Source: Candidatus Collierbacteria bacterium GW2011_GWB2_45_17 (GTDB lineage Bacteria > Patescibacteriota > Microgenomatia > UBA1400 > MFAQ01). From it: 64,000 bases of DNA. Of the stretch, positions 56,066-64,000 are shown piece by piece. The notes beneath the pieces were generated by a model. The model was not told the origin of the DNA. It saw nothing but the letters and a program-made list of their open reading frames with translations, and did no database searches. The position numbers and the translations under genes were made by a program. The stretch covers positions 4,761 to 68,760 of the forward strand of contig LCKO01000004.1 in assembly GCA_001001485.1 (NCBI GenBank), in the 5' to 3' direction. The first letter of the stretch is position 1; the number at the start of each line of letters is the position of its first letter.

Positions 56066-57946
56066 ATGGCAAAACAAACTAAACCACAGACAAAGAAGTT
56101 TGAATTCAGATTTAATCTGAACTTAAGAAGAGTTCTGATGTGGATATTGATACTATTTCTTTTTCTACCAAGTCTGATTAAGTTCTGGTTGGGTTCTGCA
56201 GGAGTAGTAAAAGAAATTCCTTTATCGACGGCCATCGCCGAAATAAAAGCAGGCAAGGTTGAGTCGGTTCAGATAAGAGGACAAGAGCTTATACTTTTGT
56301 ACCCAAAGGAGCTGGACGGTAAACAAGTAATCGGTATGTCCCGTAAAGAGGAAGGAGCTAGCTTTATGGATCAATTGCAGAAAGCCGGCGTGGATGAGGG
56401 TAAAATAAAACTGGAGGTGGTATCTCAAGATCTGATAAATTCATTTTGGAATGTAATGTCTTTGATTTTGCCGATAGTTGGGTTTGGACTATTGATGTTT
56501 TATATGATGAAAAGACAGGGAGGGGGAGCGGACATGTTTGGTATCGGAAAAAGTAAGGCCAAACTCTTTGCTAAGGGAAAACAAAACGTCAAGTTCTCGG
56601 ATGTAGCCGGAGTGGACGAAGCCAAAAAAGAGCTGGAAGAAGTGGTTGATTTTTTGAAAAATCCCAAGAAATACATCGACCTTGGAGCCAGAACTCCCAA
56701 GGGAGTTCTCTTGACCGGTCCGGCCGGAGTAGGAAAAACACTGCTGGCTAGAGCAGTGGCCGGTGAAGCCGGAGTGCCTTTCTTTTCGATGGCTGGATCG
56801 GAGTTTATGGAGATGTTGGTAGGAGTGGGAGCCAGCAGGGTGCGAGACCTGTTCGATACGGCTAAGAAAGCCAATCCGTCGATAATTTTTATCGATGAAA
56901 TAGACGCCATCGGTAGAACTAGAGGTGGCAGTGGGGGTTTTGGTGGTCATGATGAGCGAGAACAAACTTTAAATCAGATTTTGGTGGAGATGGACGGCTT
57001 TACTCAATCGGACAATGTAATAGTACTGGCCGCCACGAATAGACCTGATGTACTGGATCCAGCTTTGGTTAGGCCGGGACGTTTTGACCGCAGAGTAACT
57101 CTAGACCTTCCGGATATCGCCGGCAGAAAGGCTGTTTTGGAGATCCACAAAAAAGGAAAACCCTTTATAAAAGATCTTAACTGGACCAAGGTGGCGGAGA
57201 GAACGGTTGGTTTTTCCGGGGCTGACATCGAGAACATGCTTAATGAAGCGGCCATACTGGCGGCACGAGATAGTCAAAAGGAAATTGAAATGAAAGATAT
57301 TGAAGAGGCGGCCATGAAGGTTAAGATGGGTCCGGAAAAAAAGAGATTACAGTCTAAGCTAGAAAAACAAATGACGGCCTATCATGAAGCCGGGCACGCC
57401 TTGGTAGGCCACTTGTTGCTGGGGACAGATCCGATTCACAGAGTAAGCATTGTTTCTCGAGGAATGGCCCTGGGATATACCATGAGCCGACCCAAGACGG
57501 ATAAATATCAGCAGACCTTGTCTGAATTGAAAGATGAAATCGCGATGATGTTGGGTGGTAGAGCGGCCGAAAAAATCGTTTTTAATGAGCTCACGGCGGG
57601 AGCGGCCAGTGATATTGAAAGAGGAACCATATTAGCCCGAAGGATGGTGGTAGATTTTGGTATGAGTGAGCTGGGGCCGGTGTCTCTTAATCAAACAATA
57701 GATACCAATGCTTGGGGATATGGTGCGGGAGACAGCATTAGACTGTCTGAAGTGATGCAGGCAAAGGTAGACTTGGAAATTAAGAAATTTGTAGACGATG
57801 GCTATAAATTGGCTGAAAGTGTAATCAAGAAGAATAGAAAAATTCTGGATAAAATTGTGGACAGATTGATGAAAGTGGAGACGATTGAGCAAGAAGAGTT
57901 TGAGAAGATTGTTGGAAAGATAAAGCCATCTGTAGACGAAAAATGA
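56066..57946 (+). CDS. ftsH: ATP-dependent zinc metalloprotease FtsH
   Basis: [27 protein letters not shown]. Confidence 0.98.
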   Translation: MAKQTKPQTKKFEFRFNLNLRRVLMWILILFLFLPSLIKFWLGSAGVVKEIPLSTAIAEIKAGKVESVQIRGQELILLYPKELDGKQVIGMSRKEEGASFMDQLQKAGVDEGKIKLEVVSQDLINSFWNVMSLILPIVGFGLLMFYMMKRQGGGADMFGIGKSKAKLFAKGKQNVKFSDVAGVDEAKKELEEVVDFLKNPKKYIDLGARTPKGVLLTGPAGVGKTLLARAVAGEAGVPFFSMAGSEFMEMLVGVGASRVRDLFDTAKKANPSIIFIDEIDAIGRTRGGSGGFGGHDEREQTLNQILVEMDGFTQSDNVIVLAATNRPDVLDPALVRPGRFDRRVTLDLPDIAGRKAVLEIHKKGKPFIKDLNWTKVAERTVGFSGADIENMLNEAAILAARDSQKEIEMKDIEEAAMKVKMGPEKKRLQSKLEKQMTAYHEAGHALVGHLLLGTDPIHRVSIVSRGMALGYTMSRPKTDKYQQTLSELKDEIAMMLGGRAAEKIVFNELTAGAASDIERGTILARRMVVDFGMSELGPVSLNQTIDTNAWGYGAGDSIRLSEVMQAKVDLEIKKFVDDGYKLAESVIKKNRKILDKIVDRLMKVETIEQEEFEKIVGKIKPSVDEK

Positions 57947-58884
57947 GGAAATTAATTCTCATCGATGGTAACGCTTTGCTACATCGAGCGTATCACGCTT
58001 ACCCGCCACTTTCGACACCCAAAGGAGAGCTGGTAAATGCGGTATATGGTTTTTCATCGATGCTGTTGTCGGTATTGGAAAAACTGTCTCCCACTCACGT
58101 GGCGGTGGCTTGGGACCTTAAAGGACCCACTTTTAGAAAACAGGAGTTTGAAGCTTACAAAGCCAACAGAGACCCGATGGATGAGGATTTGGCGACACAA
58201 ATAGACCGAACGAAAGAAGTGGTGGAGAAACTTAATATTCCTCAGTATGGCATCGAGGGTTTTGAAGCGGATGATATTATCGGAACGATCTCAAGGCTGG
58301 CATTCGAAAGAACTCAAGAACTCAAGAACTCAAGAACTCAAGATGAGGATACTCAGGTGGTAATTGTGACGGGAGACAGAGACTCACTTCAATTAATTAA
58401 AGGGAAAAAAGTTGTTGTTTATCTACCGATCCAGAATCATCACGGCCAGTCGGTGGTTTTTGATGAGGACAAAGTCAGAGAGGTTTACGGCTTGAACCCC
58501 AAACAGATAATTGATTTGAAAAGTTTAATGGGAGATGCCTCGGATAATATTCCGGGGGTTAAAGGGGTGGGTAGAGTGACGGCAACCAAATTAATTCAAG
58601 AGTTTGGAAATCTAGAAAATATTTACAAAAATATTAATGACATAAAGATTACTCCAAGAGTGAAAGCCATGTTGTCGTCGGACAAGGAAATGGCTGAAAA
58701 AAGTTTCCATTTAGCGGAAATAAATTGTGACGTACAATTGAAACTCGATTGGGACGATTGTTTGTTAACTAACTATGACAAAAACGGAGCCCTGTCTTTG
58801 TTTGAGGAATTGAACTTTAAGAGTCTGATTAGTAAACTACCTAAAGATTCCTGGGAGAAAGAAATCCAGGATATATTTATATGA
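57943..58884 (+). CDS. Stand-alone 5'-3' exonuclease (PolA N-terminal domain)
   Basis: LIDGN..HRAYH, EADD.IG, TGDRD..Q, GD.SDNIPGV.G.G; ends without a polymerase domain. Confidence 0.92.
   Translation: MRKLILIDGNALLHRAYHAYPPLSTPKGELVNAVYGFSSMLLSVLEKLSPTHVAVAWDLKGPTFRKQEFEAYKANRDPMDEDLATQIDRTKEVVEKLNIPQYGIEGFEADDIIGTISRLAFERTQELKNSRTQDEDTQVVIVTGDRDSLQLIKGKKVVVYLPIQNHHGQSVVFDEDKVREVYGLNPKQIIDLKSLMGDASDNIPGVKGVGRVTATKLIQEFGNLENIYKNINDIKITPRVKAMLSSDKEMAEKSFHLAEINCDVQLKLDWDDCLLTNYDKNGALSLFEELNFKSLISKLPKDSWEKEIQDIFI
58308..58343 (+). repeat. Perfect 36-bp (AAGAACTC)x4+AAGA unit in the exonuclease
   Basis: Encodes RTQELKNSRTQD between the EADD and TGDRD motifs. Confidence 0.9.
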
Positions 58885-59993
58885 AAATTGCTTTGGTACA
58901 CGACTTTATGAAGGAGTTTGGAGGAGCCGAGAGAGTGCTAAGAGTGTTGTCCGAGATGTACTCTCAAGTACCCATTTACACCGCTTTCAAAGTATCCGGA
59001 TCCAGCTGTGATAAAGAGTTTGCCGATAGAAAAATTATCGAAAGCTCGTTTGGTTGGCTAATAAAAAGCTTTAACCTGTACAGCCCCTTGAGATTTCTGG
59101 TACCGCTAATTTGGAGGTCAATTGATCTGTCTAGTTATGACTTGGTAATTACTTCCTGTTCCTCATATTTTGCCAGAGGTTTTAAGGTCTCCCCAAAAAC
59201 TTGTGTAGTGGCTTACTGCCACACTCCACCGAGATTTCTTTACGGATATGAAACGAGCATAAATTTACAAAGATTTTGGATAGTGAGAGTTTACGCAGTG
59301 ATTGTTAATCACTTCTTAAGAATTTTTGATTTTTGGTCCTCCCAAAGAGTTGATAAGTGGATAGTGAACTCCGAAAACGTAAAAAGGAGGGTCTGGAAAT
59401 TCTATCGAAAAGAAGCGGAAGTGGTCTATCCACCAATAGATGTTGAGAAAATTATCCGAGAAAGTGAGGGGGTAAAAAAACAGGATTATTTCTTAATTGT
59501 TTCGAGATTGGTGGGAGCCAAGGGATTGGTCGAGGCGGCCAAAGCGGCCAGACAGACCGGCTTTAAACTAAAAATTGTAGGAGAGTCAGTGGGATTTTCT
59601 CAAATAGAAAAACAGCTAAGGAAGATTAGAGAAGTAGAGCTTTTAGGAAGAGTAAACGATAAAAGACTGGGCGAGCTCTATGCCGGAGCTAAGGGGTTTA
59701 TTGCTCTAGCCAGAGATGAGGATTTTGGAATTACACCAGTGGAAGCGATGGCTTCCGGAACTCCAGTGATCGCTTTTAACGGAGGGGGATTTAAAGAGAC
59801 GGTGGTGGAAGGGGTGACCGGTTTGTTAATAAACAATACGGATACGGAAACATTGGAATTGGCGATGAAAAAGTTTGAATCGAAAAAATGGAACAGAGCT
59901 GAACTGGTAGAGCAGGCCAGAAAATTTTCCAGAGACAACTTCGTAAAAAAGATTAGGAAAATAATTGATAAGATGGTCGTGGATGAGAAATAA
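58881..59993 (+). CDS. Glycosyltransferase family 4
   Basis: HD....GGAERV, YCHTPPR, EDFGITPVEAM. Confidence 0.92.
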   Translation: MKIALVHDFMKEFGGAERVLRVLSEMYSQVPIYTAFKVSGSSCDKEFADRKIIESSFGWLIKSFNLYSPLRFLVPLIWRSIDLSSYDLVITSCSSYFARGFKVSPKTCVVAYCHTPPRFLYGYETSINLQRFWIVRVYAVIVNHFLRIFDFWSSQRVDKWIVNSENVKRRVWKFYRKEAEVVYPPIDVEKIIRESEGVKKQDYFLIVSRLVGAKGLVEAAKAARQTGFKLKIVGESVGFSQIEKQLRKIREVELLGRVNDKRLGELYAGAKGFIALARDEDFGITPVEAMASGTPVIAFNGGGFKETVVEGVTGLLINNTDTETLELAMKKFESKKWNRAELVEQARKFSRDNFVKKIRKIIDKMVVDEK

Positions 59994-60540
59994 TCTGGCC
60001 TTGAAGGTGTTGTTTATCAGTAACTCGCTTTATGTGTTTGCGGCCTTGCTTCTCGGGCCACTTTACGCTGTCTATGTTCAAAGAATAGGAGGAGGAGTCC
60101 TGTTGGTGAGCGTATCAACGGCAGTGTTTTACGTATCGACGACTTTATTTCTTTTATTTGTCGCTAGGTGGGGAGATATGCTAAAAGAGATGGAACTAAT
60201 GTTGGTGGTTAGTTATATTATTCGAGGCTTGGGATTTTTAAGCTATATTTTTATTGACAGCGCTCTGTTGTTAATCTTGTCGCAGGTTGTTTTTGGTTTG
60301 GCTGAGTCGCTTGGAACTCCGACATTTGGAGCTTTGTTTGCCAAACATATTGATAAAAAAGAAGAAGTAATGGAGTTTTCTGACTGGGCGATGGTGTCGA
60401 ACTTGGTAATGGCTCTAGGAACTATCATTGGCGGCTTTATTGCCAGTAGTTTGGGATTTAATTTTTTGTTTGTAACAATCGCGATTTTGTGCTTTGTTTC
60501 TGCCGGGTGGATATTGTTTACCCCGAGGCAAGTTTTGTAA
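59983..60540 (+). CDS. Half-size (6-TM) MFS-like protein
   Basis: Six TM helices, W.D motif A-like segment. Confidence 0.7.
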   Translation: MRNNLALKVLFISNSLYVFAALLLGPLYAVYVQRIGGGVLLVSVSTAVFYVSTTLFLLFVARWGDMLKEMELMLVVSYIIRGLGFLSYIFIDSALLLILSQVVFGLAESLGTPTFGALFAKHIDKKEEVMEFSDWAMVSNLVMALGTIIGGFIASSLGFNFLFVTIAILCFVSAGWILFTPRQVL

Positions 60541-60541
60541 T

Positions 60542-61390
60542 ATGCCTGAACTACCGGAGGTGGAAACCATTAGAAGACAACTAAAAGAAGTCCTTGTTGG
60601 GAAAACTATCTCTAAGATCGAAGTGTTGCGGGCAAAAAGTTTTGCCGGTGATCCCAAGTCGCTGATCGGCCGGAAGATTAAGGATATACAAAGAAAGTCG
60701 AAAGTAATCGAGGTTTCGTTTGAAGACCACGAGAAGATGGTAACAGTTCACTTAAAAATGACCGGCCAATTGGTATTTGTAGATGGGGAGATGAGAGTTT
60801 CTGGAGGGCATCCGACGGCGGACTGGGTGAATGGCTTGCACAGTAAACATACCCGAGTAGTGTGGACTTTTGATGACGGGTCAAAACTGTTCTTTAACGA
60901 CATGCGCGTGTTTGGATGGATGAAACTAGTAGAAAGAACTCAAGAACTCAAGAACTCTAGGTATCAAGTTCCAGATGTAATAGACAAAGATTTCACAGAA
61001 GACTATCTCTTCAATTCATTAAAGAAGACTAAAAAACCGATAAAGCTAATTTTGCTTGATCAGAACAAAATTGGCGGCCTGGGGAATATCTATGTGAATG
61101 ATGCTTTATTTATGGCCGGGGTAAGACCGGAGAGAAAGACCGACACTTTAGAAAAAAAAGAAGTCAGTAAACTTCACAAAGCCATCGTAAAAGTGATTAA
61201 TCTGGGAATTAAGTATGGAGGTGCCAGTGCCAGTAACTATGTTCAAGTTTCAGGACTGGGTGGAACTTATCAAGATCATTTTTTGGTTTATAAAAGAGAG
61301 GGTCTGAAGTGCCGGGATTGTGAGAGCAAAATTCAAAAGATAAAATTGGGAGGACGAGGAACTTTCTTCTGCCCAAGCTGTCAAAAATAA
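60542..61390 (+). CDS. mutM: Formamidopyrimidine-DNA glycosylase
   Basis: MPELPEVE, HLKMTG, D.R.FG, GLGNIY, C-terminal Zn finger. Confidence 0.97.
   Translation: MPELPEVETIRRQLKEVLVGKTISKIEVLRAKSFAGDPKSLIGRKIKDIQRKSKVIEVSFEDHEKMVTVHLKMTGQLVFVDGEMRVSGGHPTADWVNGLHSKHTRVVWTFDDGSKLFFNDMRVFGWMKLVERTQELKNSRYQVPDVIDKDFTEDYLFNSLKKTKKPIKLILLDQNKIGGLGNIYVNDALFMAGVRPERKTDTLEKKEVSKLHKAIVKVINLGIKYGGASASNYVQVSGLGGTYQDHFLVYKREGLKCRDCESKIQKIKLGGRGTFFCPSCQK
60934..60969 (+). repeat. 36-bp octamer unit in mutM
   Basis: (AAGAACTC)x3 TAGGTATC AAGT; encodes RTQELKNSRYQV. Confidence 0.85.
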
Positions 61391-61427
61391 AGCAATGCGG
61401 GGATAAGGATGTAGAATATGGGTAGAA

Positions 61428-62477
61428 ATGCTGACAAACTTAAGGCTGAGCGAGTTTAGAAATTATAAAGAAGCTGTGTTCGAGTTTTCGCCTGGAGTAA
61501 ATGTGGTGGTGGGGGAAAATGCCAAAGGAAAGACAAATCTTTTGGAAGCGATTTATCTTTTGGGAGTCGGAGACAGCTTTCGGGCGAAGAGAACGGAAGA
61601 GATGGTTACTTTTGGACAGGAACTGGGGAAGGTGGCGGGAGATCTTCAGCTAGCAAAAGACGATCAAATGACTTTGGAGGTAATGATAAACGGAGGAATG
61701 GTGATGGGCAAGATGGTCAACAAAAGAAAGTACTTAGTAGATGGGGTATCAAAAAGAAGACGAGACATATTAGGACTACTGCCATTAGTGCTTTTTCGGC
61801 CCGAGGATGTCGAGCTCGTTAGTGGATCTCCGAGTCCGAGAAGGAAGTTTCTGGACAGTCTTCTGATACAGGTAGACAAGGTCTATGAGAATAGTTTGTC
61901 CACCTATGAGCAGGCATTGCGGAGGAGAAATAAGATTCTTGACGCTATCCGTGATGGATCTGCCAGTCGATACGCACTGACCTTTTGGGATGGACTTTTA
62001 ATTCGACACGGCCAGATAGTTTCCGACAAAAGAAGAGATTTGATTGAATATATAAATGCTTTGTTTAAAAAAAGCGATTTGTTTAAAAATATTCAAATGG
62101 CTTATGACATGAGTGCGGTGAGTGAATCCAGGCTTAGCCAATATAAAGAGGCTGAGGTGGCGGTGGGATACACCTTGGTAGGCCCGCACAAAGATGATTT
62201 CTTAATTAAAGATAAAAGTCGCGATTTAGCCACCTACGGTTCTAGGGGAGAACAAAGAATGGCGGTACTGGCTTTAAAGATGGGAGAGATTTATTTTATG
62301 GAGGAAAAAAGTCACAAAAAAGTATTATTGCTACTGGATGATATTTTTTCCGAACTGGACGAGACGCATAAAGGAGAGGTACTGAGAGTAATGTCCGGCA
62401 GGCAGGTGGTGGTGACCACCGCAGATGAAGGGGACGCTAAAATGTTTAAGAAGGCAAAAACGATCAGACTTTCTTAG
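61428..62477 (+). CDS. recF: DNA replication/repair protein RecF
   Basis: FRNY, GENAKGKTN.LEA, RR.FLD, GPH.DD, S.GEQR, LLDD..SELD. Confidence 0.95.
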   Translation: MLTNLRLSEFRNYKEAVFEFSPGVNVVVGENAKGKTNLLEAIYLLGVGDSFRAKRTEEMVTFGQELGKVAGDLQLAKDDQMTLEVMINGGMVMGKMVNKRKYLVDGVSKRRRDILGLLPLVLFRPEDVELVSGSPSPRRKFLDSLLIQVDKVYENSLSTYEQALRRRNKILDAIRDGSASRYALTFWDGLLIRHGQIVSDKRRDLIEYINALFKKSDLFKNIQMAYDMSAVSESRLSQYKEAEVAVGYTLVGPHKDDFLIKDKSRDLATYGSRGEQRMAVLALKMGEIYFMEEKSHKKVLLLLDDIFSELDETHKGEVLRVMSGRQVVVTTADEGDAKMFKKAKTIRLS

Positions 62478-62736
62478 AGTTGATTCTTTCCAAAATGCGG
62501 GTGGCTTGAATAGTAACAAGAACAGCAATGGCCGTAATGGCAATGGCGTAGATAAAAAGGGAGATGACTCCGGAACTTTTGGCAAAATAGGGCTTGATAA
62601 AGACCTCAACATACTCCTTAATGGCTTCGTTCCAGGCTAGAGCGGCGACCAGACCGAAAGAGGTAGAAATGAGAGTGATAACCTGGGTGGCGACGGCGTG
62701 TGGAAGTGGTTTGACGGGTTTCTTTTTGAGTTTCAT
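62464..62736 (-). CDS. Small 2-TM membrane protein (DUF5654-like)
   Basis: FGLVAALAWNEAIK, YA..IT..AV. Confidence 0.75.
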   Translation of the reverse strand: MKLKKKPVKPLPHAVATQVITLISTSFGLVAALAWNEAIKEYVEVFIKPYFAKSSGVISLFIYAIAITAIAVLVTIQATRILERINSKKV

Positions 62737-62757
62737 TGTTTTATTATAATGCTTGTG

Positions 62758-62816
62758 AAATTCTAGGGCCAGGCCTTGAAGATTGGGGATCCTATAAGGC
62801 CTGGCCCTGATAGGAG
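62758..62816. repeat. REP-doublet element, copy C, in a divergent promoter region
   Basis: AGGGCCAGGCCTT-GAAGATTGGGGATCCTAT-AAGGCCTGGCCCT. Confidence 0.88.
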
Positions 62817-62829
62817 TAAAATTGGTGAT

Positions 62830-63696
62830 GTGAAGATTGAAACATTTGATAAAAGCTGGTTTGAGGACAGTAAGACGCTGAAAAATATCGTCGGCAAACA
62901 TGCCGCCGGACAAGTGACCATTATTGGAGGAAGCAAACTGTTTCATGGCGCACCATTACTGGCTTTGAGAGGGGCGGCTAGAATTGCGGGGATGGTTTAT
63001 TTTTCGACACCGGACGAAGATAAAGAGGTGGCAGATAAAATCAAAACAGGGCTGTCTAGCTTTGTTTGGGTACCTTACGAGGAAGCCGGAAACTACATTG
63101 CCAAATCTGATGCGGTACTAATTGGACCGGGGATGATGAGGAGCCACATCAAAGAACAGAACTTTGTTTGTGACCGCGAGGGAGAAGCGACGAGAAGAAG
63201 GTGTCAAGATCTATTTGATAAACATGCCGACAGAAAATGGGTGATCGACGGTGGAGCCCTGCAAGTGGTAAGTGTAGAAAAAATGCCTCGAGGAGCAGTG
63301 GTGACTCCAAATGATAAAGAGTTTGAGATGATGTTTGGTCAAAAAATAGAAGAGGAAATTGAAAAAAGAGGTGAACAGATTCTATCACTGGCTAAAAAGT
63401 ATCACCTGGTAATCTTGACGAAAGATAAAATTTCGATAGTAAGCGATGGTGAAAGAGTCGTAAAAATATTGGGAGGAAATGACGGACTGGTGAAGGGCGG
63501 TATCGGGGACACGATCGCCGGTGTGTTGGCGGGGTTTTTGGCCAAAGACGAACCGATATTTGCCGCGGCGGCGGCCTCATATTTGGTAAAAGGAGCGGCA
63601 GAAAAGTTGGCCGAACGGCAAGGCTATATGTTTAACGCTGATGATGTAGTAAATATGGTGCCAGAAATATACGGAGAGGCGGTAAATAACTTGTGA
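62830..63696 (+). CDS. nnrD: ADP-dependent NAD(P)H-hydrate dehydratase
   Basis: IIGGS..FHGAP.LA, IGPG, VIDG.AL, TPN..EF, GG.GD..AG. Confidence 0.85.
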   Translation: MKIETFDKSWFEDSKTLKNIVGKHAAGQVTIIGGSKLFHGAPLLALRGAARIAGMVYFSTPDEDKEVADKIKTGLSSFVWVPYEEAGNYIAKSDAVLIGPGMMRSHIKEQNFVCDREGEATRRRCQDLFDKHADRKWVIDGGALQVVSVEKMPRGAVVTPNDKEFEMMFGQKIEEEIEKRGEQILSLAKKYHLVILTKDKISIVSDGERVVKILGGNDGLVKGGIGDTIAGVLAGFLAKDEPIFAAAAASYLVKGAAEKLAERQGYMFNADDVVNMVPEIYGEAVNNL

Positions 63697-63725
63697 TATT
63701 CCGCAGAAAATGCGATAATTGATTT

Positions 63726-64000
63726 ATGTTTTCTCCGTCGTATCAGATAACAAACAAGATTCTTTCCAGTCTAATAAATATTGAAGTAAACAGTAAGATC
63801 ATTGAACTGGCTCAGTTGCAGGTGGATTGGGAGGGGAGACTTAGACTGGAGAGTTTGGTAAAACGAATTTACAGTGTGTTTCATTTTGTGGAAAATGGTT
63901 TGAGTACAGATGATGTGGCAAAAATAGTCAAAGACGAGCCGGAGAGGGACGATAAGGCCGGGGAGGTGGCTTTGAGAACGGGAGTGGTGGGAAAAGAAAA
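63726..64000 (+). CDS. Probable Fic-family protein N-terminus (truncated by the window)
   Basis: MFSPSYQITNKIL..L..IE N-terminus; frame open to the window end; catalytic motif not in the window. Confidence 0.5.
   Translation, partial: MFSPSYQITNKILSSLINIEVNSKIIELAQLQVDWEGRLRLESLVKRIYSVFHFVENGLSTDDVAKIVKDEPERDDKAGEVALRTGVVGKE

Noticed and set aside
57943-58884. polA pseudogene
   Set aside because: The exonuclease domain is intact, has a clean stop and is coupled (ATGA) to the next gene, consistent with a stand-alone or split PolA.

Overview
This is a gene-dense, mostly + strand bacterial chromosome segment. Gene content suggests a Patescibacteria/CPR genome, probably Microgenomates-like (inference from class II HMG-CoA reductase, a stand-alone 5'-3' exonuclease, split transketolase, class II RNR, a DUF87/TraG-like ATPase and tRNA-Ile(UAU)). 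The backbone runs from the dnaG end, rpoD and tdk through uppP/prmC, a beta-CASP nuclease, hicBA, an Rrf2-suf operon extended by DsbA/CcdA-like/FNR/SufT, a pentose-phosphate cluster, two class A PBPs plus GH18, nrdR-nrdJ, a Xer-like recombinase, trpS, ftsH, mutM, recF and nnrD. Four tRNA genes are present (Asn-GTT, Ile-TAT, a very atypical fMet-like CAT, Met-CAT). An accessory region lies downstream of tRNA-Asn (~3.6-13 kb). Main observations: (1) two start-less ~140-bp minus-strand coding remnants with the same peptide, each ending at a copy of the tRNA-Asn 3' end, suggesting serial integrase-less cassette accretion at this tRNA; (2) a cassette-like run of ~1-kb genes separated by a CACCTCCGAGGTG palindrome; (3) several miniature repeat families inside housekeeping genes, including a fixed 36-bp (AAGAACTC)x4 unit read in the same frame in four genes; (4) a GIY-YIG gene between a hairpin-interrupted pseudo-tRNA half and the real tRNA; (5) an MshC-like CysRS paralog. 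No CRISPR array, rRNA, reverse transcriptase or prophage was seen. All product calls come from motif recognition by eye, not database searches.
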